From contig NC_092374.1 in NCBI RefSeq assembly GCF_030028105.1, positions 188,884,638-188,948,637 on the forward strand: 64,000 bases of DNA, in the 5' to 3' direction. Below are positions 1 to 12,129 of this stretch, one piece after another. Every line of letters starts with the position of its first letter. The stretch's first letter is position 1. The stretch is from Mobula birostris (taxonomy: Eukaryota). The translations under genes and the position numbers were made by a program. The notes below the pieces were generated by a model. It worked only from the letters and a program-made list of their open reading frames with translations, ran no database searches and was not told the origin of the DNA.

Positions 1-1017
1 ATATAATATAATTATGAATTTATGTCCTGATGCTTCTAATAAAATTAAAGCTGACTGGGAAAGAGAACTTGAGATTAATATACCAACTGAAAAATGGGAA
101 AAAAATTCTTCAGTTGGTGAATTCATCCTCTGTATGTGTTAAGCATAGGTTGATACAGTTTAAAGTAGTGCACAGGGCTCATATGTCCAAAGATAAACTA
201 TCTCGTTATTACTCTTATATTAATCCAATATGTGACAGATGTCATTCCGAGATAGCTTCTTTAACCCACATGTTTTGGTCATGTCCCTTGTTGGAGAAAT
301 ATTGGAAAGATATTTTTGATATTATTTCAATGGTCCTAAATATAGACTTACAACCTCATCCAATTACTGCTATCTTTGGACTACCAATGATAGACTTAAA
401 TAATTTAACCTCTTCATCACGAAGGATGATTGCATTTTTTACTTTAATAGCTAGAAGGTCCATTTTGTTGAATTGGAAAGAGATTAACCCTCCTACTGTA
501 TTTCATTGGTTTTCACAAACTATGGTCTGTTTGAATTTGAGGAAAATTAGAAGCGCAGTTTATGACCCTTCCACTTAGTTTGAAAAAATTTGGAGGCCAT
601 TCATTCAGCATTTTCATTTGACGTAATTTGATCATTTCCAAACTTGTTTTATCTCTCTGTACTGTTGTTGGAGGGGAATGGAGTCATCGACACTAAGGTT
701 TTCTTCTTTTCCATTTTTAAGTTGTTAGTTTTGCCCAAGTCTTTTAGTTTAGTTGATTAATTTTGTTTTTCTTTGGGGATGGGGTTTGCTTTTTTTTCAT
801 TTTGTTTTTTTTTTCTTTTTCATGTTTTTTTCCAGTTTTTATTTGCTTTGTATTATCTGTTGTTAGTTCTACATGATTGGGAGCTTTGTTAATTTACACT
901 ATTTGATTTTACAATTACTTTTTTTAAGTGTAACAATATATCTCCTACTATTTGTATTATTGCTATGTTTTGTTTCTATATTTTGAAATTAATAAAAAGA
1001 TTGAAAAAGAAAGAAAG
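1..1017 (+). mobile_element. L1-clade LINE 3' end (ORF2 C-terminal zinc-finger region, T-rich 3' UTR, A-rich tail)
   Basis: ORF 30-578 has L1 C-terminal motifs (QFKVVHR, CDRC..HMFWSCP, ARRSILLNWK), followed by AATAAA and an A-rich tail at ~991-1017. It is absent at the homologous site in copy C (~37533). Confidence 0.85.
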
Positions 1018-2802
1018 TTTTGTTCTGCAGTTATTCCAGGTGGTTTTCAAAAAGACTTGTGACTTTCTGATATCCTTCCTCACACTCAAGCACAAGCAGC
1101 TGTGGAAACATTTCAAGGTTTTTGCAACATGATTTTTCCAAAGATTCAGTTTCCTTTTAAATCTAAGATTCTTGTCACTTGAAGTCAAAACATTTTCTCC
1201 AGTGCCTTGCAGAGACTTGTTTAACTGGTTCATATGATGAAGAATTTCTGTTAGTAGGCTAGTTTATGCAGCAGTTTGTTCATATTCAAAGCACTCAGCA
1301 AAATCTGGCCTATTCTCCGTGTAATACAGTGCTCACCAGTTACAAATGACCTCCCCTACTCACGGTAAAAACTGAGAATGCACTCAAGCAAGTAAAAATG
1401 GCCCAGCAGTGCATTCCCATACTGGGCTGAGAGATCTCTAACGAGATTGCTAATGGGTCTGCTCGGTCACGGCCCACCACTGTGAGTGCTCGCATCACAC
1501 GTTGTACTTAGTTCAAAAAACAAAGTTTTTTTACATGATCTCTTGTGGAACCCCTAGCAACCTCTCACGGAACCCCGGTCAAGAAACTGAGCATTAGAGA
1601 CACAACAGCACCCGGTGTCAGAAATCACTCCTGCAATTCAGCTTTCAGCTTAAACACCCTGTTGAGAACTTCCTCTGCGAAGCCACTGGATTTCCACATG
1701 TAACAGGAGACTGGTTTGCTCTTTGTTGAGGTTTTCACACAGTTTTTCAAACATTCTCGAGTGAACTGGTCTTAAAGCTACTAAATAAGTTGCTTCCTGT
1801 ATTATTTTACTGACTGTGACTTTATATTCAAAAGCTGGAATCTCTTTGATTCCAACAGTCATTTAAAATAATCAGCACTTTTATGTTTCATACGGTTGTG
1901 ATTTGTCGTTAACTGTCTTTTCTATTTTGCTGGAGCCATTGCTACATTTGTAAGTTGTTTGCCCAGACTAGGCACAATGGAATCGGACAACTTGGATCAC
2001 CAGTCCGTGTAAAACCCATTGATAGTTTGAATGTAAAGATGGACCTTTATTTGTGTCCGTTGTTGCACTAGTGCAGAGAAATGACTCAGAAGATTGAAAT
2101 TCTTCACCATTAACCCTATCAGAATTGTCCGTAGGCCTAGGCTAGGATCCTCCTCTTCCATCTCATACCTCCACTTCAAAAATCGCCACACTGGGCCATC
2201 CCGAATGAAAATTTCTCTTACTTTCTATACACTGGTACTTTGTTTGCTCCCATCAGTCAGTCGGTGGCATGTCAGGGGAAGTTGCGGGAGGTTATTCAGG
2301 AGGGAGAGGCTGGTGTCACAGCCCAAGCTGGGCAACTCTATTCAATGCTTGGAAAATGCACTTCACACTCAACAGACTACCAGCCTCCCCTCTGAAATAC
2401 AACACTCATCAGTTATCAGCCTACCATACTACCATCCGTGCACTACAATGCTCACCAATTATCAGCCTACCGTCCTCCCCTCCATGTAATACAGTGCTCA
2501 CCAATTATCAAACTAACATCTTACCCTCTGTGTAATACAGTGCTCACCAGTTACAAATGACCTCCCCTACCTCACGGTAAAAACTGAGAATGCACTCAAG
2601 CAAATAAAAATAGCCCAGCAGTGCATTCCCATACTGGGCTGAGAGATCTCTAACGAGATTGCTAATGGGTCTGCTCGGTCACTGCCCACCACTGTGAGTG
2701 CTCGCATCACACGTTGTACTTAGTTCAAAAAACAAAGTTTTTTTACATGATCTCTTGTGGAACCCCTAGCAACCTCTCATGGAACCCCGGTCAAGAAACT
2801 GA
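1018..2802 (-). mobile_element. Degenerate hAT/Charlie DNA transposon remnant in intron 4 of copy A
   Basis: Broken ORFs with Charlie-type transposase motifs (LLLHVEIQWLRRG; LNKSLQG..NVLTSSDK) and a terminus-like GGAACCCC..GAAACTG end next to cattagag. Paralogous to 37010-39020. Confidence 0.7.
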
Positions 2803-2856
2803 GCATTAGAGACACAACAGCACCCGGTGTCAGAACTTCAGCTAAAATTTACTCAC

Positions 2857-2879
2857 CTCTTCAAAAGGGCTTGAATATC
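2857..2879 (-). CDS. Copy A exon 4 (23 nt, DIQALLKR)
   Basis: CCTCAG|GATATTCAAGCCCTTTTGAAGAG|GTGAGT. A 23-nt microexon is typical of class IV TRIM genes. Confidence 0.85.
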
Positions 2880-5800
2880 CTGAGGAAAAAGAGAGAGAAT
2901 AGGATTGAGTGAAACTGTAGTTGAAACTCTCTGGAAGGGTTGGAGTATGAAGGCTAGACACTCAACCAGAAGAAAGACTGAGGAACTAATTTGATTGTTT
3001 TCCACAGCAAAACCCTTCACTCTGAGGTTACCTCTCTATGTCCTCCAATACCTTCTTCTCTTCTCAAAAACGGAACTGTTTGAACACCTACTTCCCTTCA
3101 ACCATTCAGTTGAAATCAGCAAAACCCAAATCACGACAGTTTATCATCACTGTGACCACTTTGACCTCTTGCACTAAAATGAACTTGGTTTTAATTATAT
3201 TCTTCCTTATAAAAGTTGTGTATAATTTATGCTTCAATTATGTTGTGAGGAGGGGCCACTTTCTAGGATCAGAAAATGCTGCAGAAGGTTGCAAACTCAA
3301 TCAGTTCTATCACGGGAGCTTGCCTCCCCAGTATTGAGGAGCTCTTTAAAAGGCAATGTATCAAAAACACAGCATCCATTATTAAAACAAAACACTGGAG
3401 GGTGGAGTGTCTCTGTCAGTGAGGCATCTCTCCAGCTCTCTCTCTCTCTCGTGGTCGTGATGCAGTGATGCACCACACTGGGGAATGGGGACTAGCACAG
3501 GGTCTGTGGTTGGGTGGGAGTGCAGAGTGGGGAGGAACTGGGACCAGGCCTGGAATGGGACAATTGGGGACAAATGTGGGAGGATGAAAGGCAGGGTAGT
3601 GGGATGCAGTGGAGGGGAAAGAAGGGGCAGAGGGTGTGTTAGGGAAGAGCGAAGCACAGAGGGGGAAGAGAAAGGGACAGGGGAGGATGGGGAGGAGAAG
3701 GAGGTGAGGGAAGGGGGAGAAAGGTGGGCAATGTGAGACTGCATTGGTGGTGATATGATCAGCAGCAGCCGGGGCAAATACAGAGTTGGTTGTAACACAA
3801 GGGAGAGGTAGCTGGGACCGGTTTTGGGAAAGGAGTATTTGGAGGAATGACATCATCTGTGCCTGTGCAGACACAGGAAACACGGGGTTGCCATTGTGAT
3901 TCAGGACAGCCCATTCCCAGAACAATTTCCACACTTATTTATTTGGACATACAGTGTGAACAGGATGGTCCAGCCCGATGGGCCATCCCACCGAGCAACC
4001 CAACAACTTTAACCCAGTCTAAACTAGCTCACTAACTGGTATGTCTTTGGACTATCAGAGGAAACCCACATGCACATGGGAAGGATTACAGACTTTCTTT
4101 CTTACAGAGGACACTGGAACTCAACTCTGAACTCCAACACCCTGAGACGTAATCACGTCACGGTCATCGCTATGCTACCATGCCACCCCGCCCCCCCATG
4201 GTATTTATTTGGGGTCAATCAATCCTCACCCCCATGGTGCTGAGGGCACCTCCTGGTGATGATTCAAGCAATTGCTCTGGGATTTCCACACTCAAAGGAT
4301 GATCTCCATTCCAGCAATCACACAGGGGTCAAACCCAGGGCCAGGATGGCAAGGGCAGGGTGTGAACCCACTGCTGGTTAGTCTCTGAACGTTTCTGAGT
4401 TTCTATTGAACTGACTGCATTCAGGAAACCAGTATTAACCCTAGTTGCCCATATAATTAAATTCACTCACAGGTATTTATGACAGTTTGGATGCCCCAGA
4501 CAAGAAAGTGACACATCCTGTACCTTGAGGAGCCCATGGGGATCGTCAATTTCCAATCTCACTTTTACATCTTGTATCACTGCTTCAAGTGAAGAGATTT
4601 CATCGACGGTTCTCTTTAAGTTGTTTTCCAGTTGTGTTAGGATTTTGTCCGCTTCTCTCTGCAGCTCTGCTTCCATCTGCTGCTGTCTCTCACGCAGGAA
4701 CTGGTGCATCTTTTCAAATTCAGCCCTGATCTGACAGCTCCGTCCATCAACCTGGTCCTGAATCAGAGTGAGGTTAGCAGAGAGTCACTGGCCAAATATA
4801 ATTCATGCATTTGAATGATTTATTTTCTAAATAACACATTTGGTGCTGCTTGGAGTGGTTATTTACACTCGGGTCAGGGTTGCTTTTTTTTTTTAAAAGT
4901 GAAAAATGGGCGCTGACTGGAGTGGGGTCAGAGTAAACAATCATAGACAGAATAATTGACCAAAATCCAATCCCAAGTATCTGACTGGATCTCTGGGATT
5001 GATCCCCATTCTGGAATCGAAGAGAGAACAACATGCAGTGAAGAGGATAGTTCAGGTTGTCCTTTGGGACTTCAGTAAAGTGACAAGATTCCACATGGGA
5101 GGATGTTTGGAAAGGTTACACCGTAGGATATGGGGTGAGGTGGCAAATTGTATCTATAGACTTAGCTTGGCAATAGGAAGCAGATTGTGTTGTTTTAGTG
5201 ATTAGATATTTGTGACCTGTGAAGCATTACAAATATCACTGTTGGGACTCCTACTGTTTTGTTCTGCAGATCATTTTGGATAGGAGTGTACAAGATACGA
5301 TTTGTAATTTTCCAGTTAACACGAAAATACTTGTGTTGATAGAGTGGAGAACAGTCAGAGTCTACAGGATGACATTGATCTGTTGGGAAATGAGGCAAAG
5401 CGGTGGCATTGGAATTTAATCTTTGGAAGTGTGAGGTGATGCACGTGGGGTGGACTAATAAAGAGTTGGACATAGACAATAAAAGGCAACGTCTTAGACA
5501 TTCAAAATGATAGAAGATTAGTCAGCATCTATAGAGGCAAAAGAATAGTCAAGGTTTCAGGTTGAGTCTCTTTATCATGACTGGGATATCCAGGGGTGAG
5601 TTACAGACTGGAATCTAATCAATAGGTTCAGGGTGGTCTATATATAGAATAGTGGATCCCTGGACTATGTTGCAGGCTGGGGTCTAATCAATGGGTTCAG
5701 GGTGTTTTTTATATTGAATAATGGATACCCAGGAGTGAGTTACAGGCTAGGATATAAGCAAGGGATTCAGCTGGTATCCATACCAATCTGTCATGGTGAG

Positions 5801-8315
5801 CGCTGGTAATGACTGAATCCAGGTCCGGAGGAATGACAGAATCCCATGTAGAGACTGAATACAAAGTTAATACATTGGAATTCCAAAAGTACTTCAGTGG
5901 CTCAAATGAATGACACCCTGAGAGGTGATGTTCTCAAAACGCAACCCACTTAAATAATCACAGAACACAGAAAGCCCTTGCCAGTCAAAATCAATTTGTG
6001 AAGATTAAACCAATAAAATACCAGGGATTATTGACTCACGTCAAATCAACAATTCACAAAGGGTCTCAGCCTGAAACGTCGACTGTACTTCTTCCTATAA
6101 ATGCTACCTGGCCTGCTGCGTTCCACCAGCATTTTGTGTGTTGCCTGAATTTCCAGCATCTGCAGATTTCCTCGTGTTTGCGTTTTTAAATTCACAAATT
6201 CAGCTGCTCTTTGTAACCTTCGGCGCACAGTGCCCTCTGGCTCCCCACACAGGCCGGAGGAGCTCATTACTTACAATGCTCAATATCTGGGAGCAAGAAA
6301 CAGGCTGGAGTCTGATAAAGAGGTTAGGTGGTTTATATGTAAAATACTGGATACCAAGATGCTTCAGATTCAAGCATCTATAGTCCCTGGCATCTCCAAA
6401 GTGTACCCAGGGGTTGGGTGAGCAGTAAGGTATGTTTGGATGGAGGCAGGGACCAAGTAACAGTGGACATTTCACAACATATAGAACGCAGTCTCTAACT
6501 TCTCATGTCAAATGATAAGGTCAGGTAATGAAAACAGTCCACACATTCCTTTCATTGTAGTTATTATTTACAGTCAGCTGCTTACATTTTGCTGTGGGAC
6601 AGCATCGTACAGCTGAAAGGGACCTGTCACTGTCAGTCTCTTTATTTATTTATTGAAATACAGCATCGAAAAGGTCCTTCGAGCCATGACGCCCAGCAAC
6701 CCCGATTAACCCTAACCTAATCAGCAGACAATTTACAATCACCAATTAAACTAACAATTGAAAAGTCTTGTCTTTGGACTGTGGGAGGACACTGGACACA
6801 CAGCCCAGGGAACCATCCACGATCACCGAATGATTCCTTACCTTCAGCCGCCGGATCACAGTCTCCCCTTCCTGCTTAGTCCGAACACTCTGATTCATTC
6901 GCTCTTGCAAAAGCTTCACTGCCTCTTCCAACTTTTCCTGAAAGTCAGAAGATGCAGAAGATCTGAGAAATGAACCTGCTGAATCTGCTGACCGAAGTGG
7001 GGGGGGGGGGTGGTGGCAGAGGACTGGGGGGGTAATCCCGTGGGGGAAATAGAATCATTCTTTCAAACCTTCCTACCAGTCATGGTCACCTCCCCTTCAC
7101 CCTTCATCTCCTAGTCCCTTTCTCTCATTCCCTTCCTCAATATTGCCCATACCCCATTCTGCCCCTCCCACACCATGCTGCATTTCCCCATTCTCCCACA
7201 CCTCCCTCCTGTTCGATCATCTCCAATCTGATTCAGTTTGTCTTCTTTCTACAACTGCTGCACCTCGACCTCTCCCCTCCACACCTCCCAATTCTGCCCG
7301 ATAAAGTTCGAAGTAAATTTATCATCAACGTGTTTGCACGTCGTCATATGTACAGGAAAATAAAGATATAAATAGCATTTATGAAAAACCACATGAGTCC
7401 ATTGGATGTGGAATCAATTCAGTGTTGAGGTGAGTGAAGTTATCCACACTGCTTCAGGAGCCTGACTGGCCTGGTGACTAGTACCTCTTGTACCTCCTTC
7501 CCAATGGCAGCAGCCAGAGAGCATGGTCTGGGTGAGAACCCACCTCCCCTCCCTTGCAGCCTCTCAGCTGTCAGACATCCCTCATCTACACTCCTCTTTC
7601 CGCCTCTCCCCATTCCTTCCTTTACCCTTGACCTTTTCTACATTCCCTTTCCCTTGCCATATTCTCCGATTTTCCTCCCGTTTAAAACGTCTTTTCCTTC
7701 GTTCTCAAACAACTCTCTCACCTCTAAACGGGACAATCCCATATCTCTGCTCTGTCCCTATCGTTTTCCTTCCTCCCCGACCTTCATCGCCCCCTCTCTG
7801 AGCTCTCCACCTTCTCAAAGTTTCCCTTCTCCGTCTCCCTGTTCTTTCAGCACTTACCCACCCGCCCCTCTCCCCGACCGCATGGCGGTGAGTTCAGGCG
7901 GGCGATCTCGCACCTTGTTCGCCTCGGCTGCCTCCTTTATCGGGATGACATTGTGCATCTTGTGCTGCGCAGACAGGCCACACACCAGGCAGATCATCTC
8001 CTGCTCCTCCTGACAGAACAGTTTCAGCTTCTCGTCGTGCTCCCGGCAGACAAGCTCCTTCTTCCGCTCGACCGCCCCCACCCTCAGCTGTCTGACATTC
8101 TCCGTGACGTTGCTCAGGATGTGAGCGGGCCTGGTGTTCCTCTGGGCGAACACCTGCCGGCACTGAGGACAGGAGACATCCCCCGAGACCCTCTCCCAAA
8201 CCTGAGAGATGCACGTTGCGCAAAAGTGATGTCCACACTCCAGAGAGACCGGATCGGTGAACACCTCCAGACAAACTGGACACGTTAATTCCTGGACCAG
8301 GTTTGCAGAAGCCAT
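2857..8315 (-). CDS. TRIM E3 ligase copy A (RING/B-box/coiled-coil; TRIM39/TRIM35/A33-like), partial; exons 5-6 presumably lie left of the window
   Basis: Exons 8315-7914, 6937-6842, 4757-4524 and 2879-2857, all with GT-AG boundaries and in frame. C3HC4 RING and B-box2 are intact. Confidence 0.88.
4524..4757 (-). CDS. Copy A exon 3 (coiled-coil, 234 nt)
   Basis: Encodes AEFEKMHQFLRERQQQMEAELQRE. Acceptor GCTAAC..GATTCAG|, donor AAG|GTACAG. Confidence 0.88.
5586..5780. repeat. Degenerate ~69-bp tandem repeat (about 3 units; also ~24465-24660 and ~41766-41960)
   Basis: Recurrent GAT(A)CCC..GAGTTACAG(A/G)CTGG..TCTAATC...TATAGAAT units in intron 2 of copies A, B and C. Confidence 0.55.
6842..6937 (-). 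CDS. Copy A exon 2 (coiled-coil, 96 nt)
   Basis: TTTCAG|GAAAAG...CTGAAG|GTAAGG; encodes EKLEEAVKLLQERMNQSVRTKQEGETVIRRLK. Confidence 0.88.
7914..8315 (-). CDS. Copy A exon 1 (RING + B-box2)
   Basis: MASANLVQELTCPVC..CGHHFC..C..CPQC followed by CREH..FC..C..C..H..H; donor AAG|GTGCGA. Confidence 0.93.
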
Positions 8316-8340
8316 CTTGGTTCTCTCTTCCCCACTCGGA

Positions 8341-8399
8341 ACTTCCACATTCAATTCTGAGAAAGTGTTGCACTTCCTGTTTTTGACCCCATGTGACCT
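8341..8399 (-). promoter_or_regulatory. Copy A ATG-proximal module: degenerate ISRE, ETS site, DR4 nuclear-receptor element
   Basis: acttccacattc (8341-8352, diverged from the ISRE in copy B), cacttcctg (8371-8379), TGACCC-catg-TGACCT (8384-8399). Motif matches only. Confidence 0.35.
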
Positions 8400-8612
8400 C
8401 TGAGAGGCTGCAGCCTTGTAATTGCTACTGGTTTATTTTACCACAAGTACCGAGCCTGTCTTGCAGACTCTTCACACAGATCAGACCATTTTACCGAGTT
8501 GTCACAATGGGGGGCGCTGGGAACGGACCTAAATGCGAGACACATTAAGTACAAGGAACAGGACTTGTCTGTATCCAGTCAGGTCCGTACTCTCGTCAGG
8601 TCCCTACTCTAG

Positions 8613-9125
8613 TGCGGGATCCTCGAGGCTGGGGTTCTGGGAGCCCGGCTGCGGGATCCTCGAGGCTGGGGTTCTGGGAGCCCGGCTGCGGGATCCTCGA
8701 GGCTGGGGTTCTGGGAGCCCGGCTGCGGGATCCTCGAGGCTGGGGTTCTGGGAGCCCGGCTGCGGGATCCTCGAGGCTGGGGTTCTGGGAGCCCGGCTGC
8801 GGGATCCTCGAGGCTGGGGTTCTGGGAGCCCGGCTGCGGGATCCTCGAGGCTGGGGTTCTGGGAGCCCGGCTGCGGGATCCTCGAGGCTGGGGTTCTGGG
8901 AGCCCGGCTGCGGGATCCTCGAGGCTGGGGTTCTGGGAGCCCGGCTGCGGGATCCTCGAGGCTGGGGTTCTGGGAGCCCGGCTGCGGGATCCTCGAGGCT
9001 GGGGTTCTGGGAGCCCGGCTGCGGGATCCTCGAGGCTGGGGTTCTGGGAGCCCGGCTGCGGGATCCTCGAGGCTGGGGTTCTGGGAGCCCGGCTGCGGGA
9101 TCCTCGAGGCTGGGGTTCTGGGAGC
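8613..9125. repeat. Perfect 37-bp GC-rich minisatellite, ~13.9 copies
   Basis: Unit TGCGGGATCCTCGAGGCTGGGGTTCTGGGAGCCCGGC with starts at 8613, 8650 ... 9094. Confidence 0.97.
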
Positions 9126-9157
9126 TTCTCCTGGGCAGGACGCGGAACTTCACCCCG

Positions 9158-9430
9158 CAGAGGCAAATCTGGGTGGGTCGGACCCAACTGCAGGGTAACA
9201 CCAAATGGCCTGCTTACCCGACAGAGGCAAATCTGGGTGGGTCGGACCCAACTGCAGGGTAACACCAAATGGCCTGCTTACCCGACAGAGGCAAATCTGG
9301 GTGGGTCGGACCCAACTGCAGGGTAACACCAAATGGCCTGCTTACCCAACAGAGGCAAGGGACAGGGAGGGACAGAACCAACCACAGGGTAACAGCAAAT
9401 ACAGCCTGGCTTACCCAACAGAGGCAAGGA
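9158..9430. repeat. 64-bp tandem repeat, 3 near-perfect copies plus degenerate ones
   Basis: Unit CAGAGGCAAATCTGGGTGGGTCGGACCCAACTGCAGGGTAACACCAAATGGCCTGCTTACCCGA at 9158, 9222 and 9286. Confidence 0.93.
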
Positions 9431-10256
9431 CAGAAAAAGAGCTCAATCCAGGGTGGCTGTCAGACTTGGGGCAGCCAGCAACCTTAGCTGGCTACAGAAA
9501 CAGCCAAATCCATACCACAATGACTGCTCCGACGAGTGGCAACAAGGCTCCATGAAGCAGTGGTCCTCCAACCAGGCCGAGAGATCACAAATGGTTTCAC
9601 CAGCCTTCCATCAGCAGATTGCTCCAAGGGGGACTAACAAGACAAACCAGCAACCCACACTCAACCCCAAGGCTACTTATATTCCAAGCCCCAAGATGGG
9701 AATCAGATGCCTATTATTAACTCAACCAATCGAGGGACAGCTGGAAGAGCCGGAGCCCTGAGTCCACGGACCGGACCGTGAACCGGAATGCGGAGTTCAC
9801 GGACCAGACAATGACATGGTGTATAGAGGTAGAGAATAACACAATGCAGAATGAAGCGTAACAGTCACAGAGAAAGTGTAGTGCAGGTAAGCAATAAGGT
9901 GCAAGGTCATAACGAGGTAGTGAACTCAAGGGTTGTTCTCTCACGTCTTTCTGCAGATGTGCAGTAGAGATCATTCGAACATGTTGGTATGAATAGTTTC
10001 GACACTCCACTGCGGCGGGCAGAAGACTCTGTAACGGTTTGTCAAAACTACCCATCGGCAACAGCCTACTCGCCATCAAGGACTTATATAAATAAAGGGG
10101 CTGGAAGTATCATGAAGGATCCTAACCAAACTGGTCATGAACGCTTTGTCCCACTCCCATGAGGGAGGGGGCTGCATAGCATCCATGCCAGGAGCACCAG
10201 GAGATAAACTGTGAGTGAAGAACAATGAGAGAAGAACTGACAGCAGTATGTTTTTT

Positions 10257-11028
10257 AACATAGAACATGGAATAGTACAGCACATACAGGCCCTTCAGCC
10301 CACAATGTTGTGCCGACCCTCAAACCCTGCCTCCCATATAAGCCCCCACTTTAAATTCCTCCATATACCTGTCTAGTAGTCTCTTAACTTTCACTAGTGT
10401 ATCTACCTCCACCACTGACACAGGCAGTGCATTCCACGCACCAACCACTCTCTGAGTAAAAAACCTTCCTCTAATATCCCCCTTGAACTTCCACCCCTTA
10501 ACTTAAAACCATCTCCTCTTGTATGGAGCAGTGGTGCTTGGAGTTTGATCTTCTAAAGTGTACCACCTCACACTTCTCCGGGTTGAACTACATCTGCCAC
10601 TTCTCAGCCCACTTCTGCATCCTATCAATGTCTCTCTGAAATCTTCGACAATCCTGTATACTACCTACAACACCACCAACCATTGTGTCGTCTGCAAACA
10701 TGCCAACCCACCCTTCTACCCCCACATCCTGGTCATTAATAAAAATCACGAAAGTAGAGGTCCCAGAACCGATCCCTGTGGGACACCACTAGTCACAACC
10801 CTCCAATCCGAATGTACTCCCGCCACCACGACCCTCTGCCTTCTGCAGGCAAGTCAATTCTGAATCCACCTGGCCAAACTTCCCTGGATCCCATGCCTTC
10901 TGACTTTCTGAATAAGCCTACCGTGTGGAACCTTGCCAAATGCCTTACTAAAATCCATGTAGATCACATCCACTGCACTACCCTCATCTATTTGCCTGGT
11001 CACCTCCTCAAAGAACTCTATCAGGCTT
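10257..11028 (-). mobile_element. CR1 LINE fragment (RT plus 3' tail, internally deleted)
   Basis: Minus-strand RT motifs ([27 protein letters not shown]) and an acatagaacat tail. Absent at the homologous site ~46890. Confidence 0.8.
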
Positions 11029-11059
11029 GTTTTCTTTTTTAACTTTATATAGAATCATA

Positions 11060-11440
11060 TTTTAACAAAATAAACTTTATTCATAATAAAATATTTACGA
11101 GATTGAACCATGCGATGAGCTTTCATTTGTTATATTTGCTGTCAATGCTTTCCGAACTGATGTTTATGAATGATATGATTCGCATACACACTCCCCAACA
11201 GCCCTGCTGCCAGTCCTGTGGCTCTCCGGGATGGTATACTACTATGATAGTTGAGGGGCTTCCTTGCCCCACGCTGCCCCTCTCTCTCCAGTATGAGAAG
11301 ACCCCTACGCTGTGTTCCTGTCCCACCGAGCCCTCGGGGTGGCTGCACAAAGCGTCAGTGCATCCCTCAGCACGTACTCCTGCGGCCTGGAATGTGCCAG
11401 TCAACAGCATCCCTCACGGACAGCTCGATGTGCTGGCAGA
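11060..11440 (-). mobile_element. Tx1/L1-type LINE 3' end (paralog at 46925-47300)
   Basis: The paralog encodes CCRLAHSRPQEYVLRDAL, resembling Tx1-type ORF2 C-termini, and the element ends in AATAAAG. Confidence 0.55.
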
Positions 11441-12129
11441 TAAAATTATGAAAAGGAGAGATGAGACAAAAGAATGAAAGTTATTTCCACTGGTCAGTGA
11501 GACTGGAACTAGGGGACATAGCCTCAAGATTAGGGGGAGCAAATTCAGGAAGGAGATAAGGATAAGCTGATTTTCCCAGACTGTGGTGAATCTGGAATTC
11601 TTAGCCCAGGAAAGCAGCAGAGGTTACCTCATTAAATAAATATTAAGATACAGTTAGATAGGTATTTGCATTGGAAGGGAATGGGGAAATGGCAGGTAGG
11701 CAAAGGGGCAGCTCCCTCATAGATGGTCAAAGATCTCGGGAACTCTCTTCCTCAAAGGTCATAAAAGAGGAATCTTCAAAACAGTTTTAAAATGGAGGCA
11801 AAAGACAAAAGGTTGCCATGATCAGGTGGGACCGCGGAGTTGAGCTGATCAGCTACGACCCTGTTGATCAAGGAACAGCTTTTGTGTTGCCCTTAAGACA
11901 TTTATTTGACTCTGTTGGGTCTACACTTTAAATGATTTGTTTGTAACTATTTTCTAGTTAAAGTTAAAGGTTGATAATTATGTTACAGTCTAACAAAGGT
12001 AAATTCATTGTCTATGGTATATCGCGGCATGTGATGACTTCACCTCCGGTTTCGCCGTGTCTTATGTGTAACTTCTGGTTCGGAGAAGGTGAGAAGGTGG
12101 GTGCCATGCGTGCGGCTTGATTGTGAGGA

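Larger units (their letters stand above)
8500..9816 (-). mobile_element. Probable solo LTR (Gypsy-like) with internal minisatellites, 185 bp upstream of the copy A ATG
   Basis: TGTCA...TGACA termini, absent at the homologous site in copies B and C, minus-strand TATAAG at 9681-9676. No clean TSD. Confidence 0.65.

Noticed and set aside
3382-3934. Pro/Ser-rich ORFs in intron 3 (also 39540-40106)
   Set aside because: Low-complexity purine/pyrimidine tract with frames not conserved between A and C.
8613-9125. CRISPR-like 37-bp repeats
   Set aside because: The units are contiguous with no spacers, in a eukaryotic context with no cas genes.
8533-9268. Four overlapping ~200-220 aa repetitive ORFs
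   Set aside because: Artefacts of the stop-free 37-bp minisatellite.
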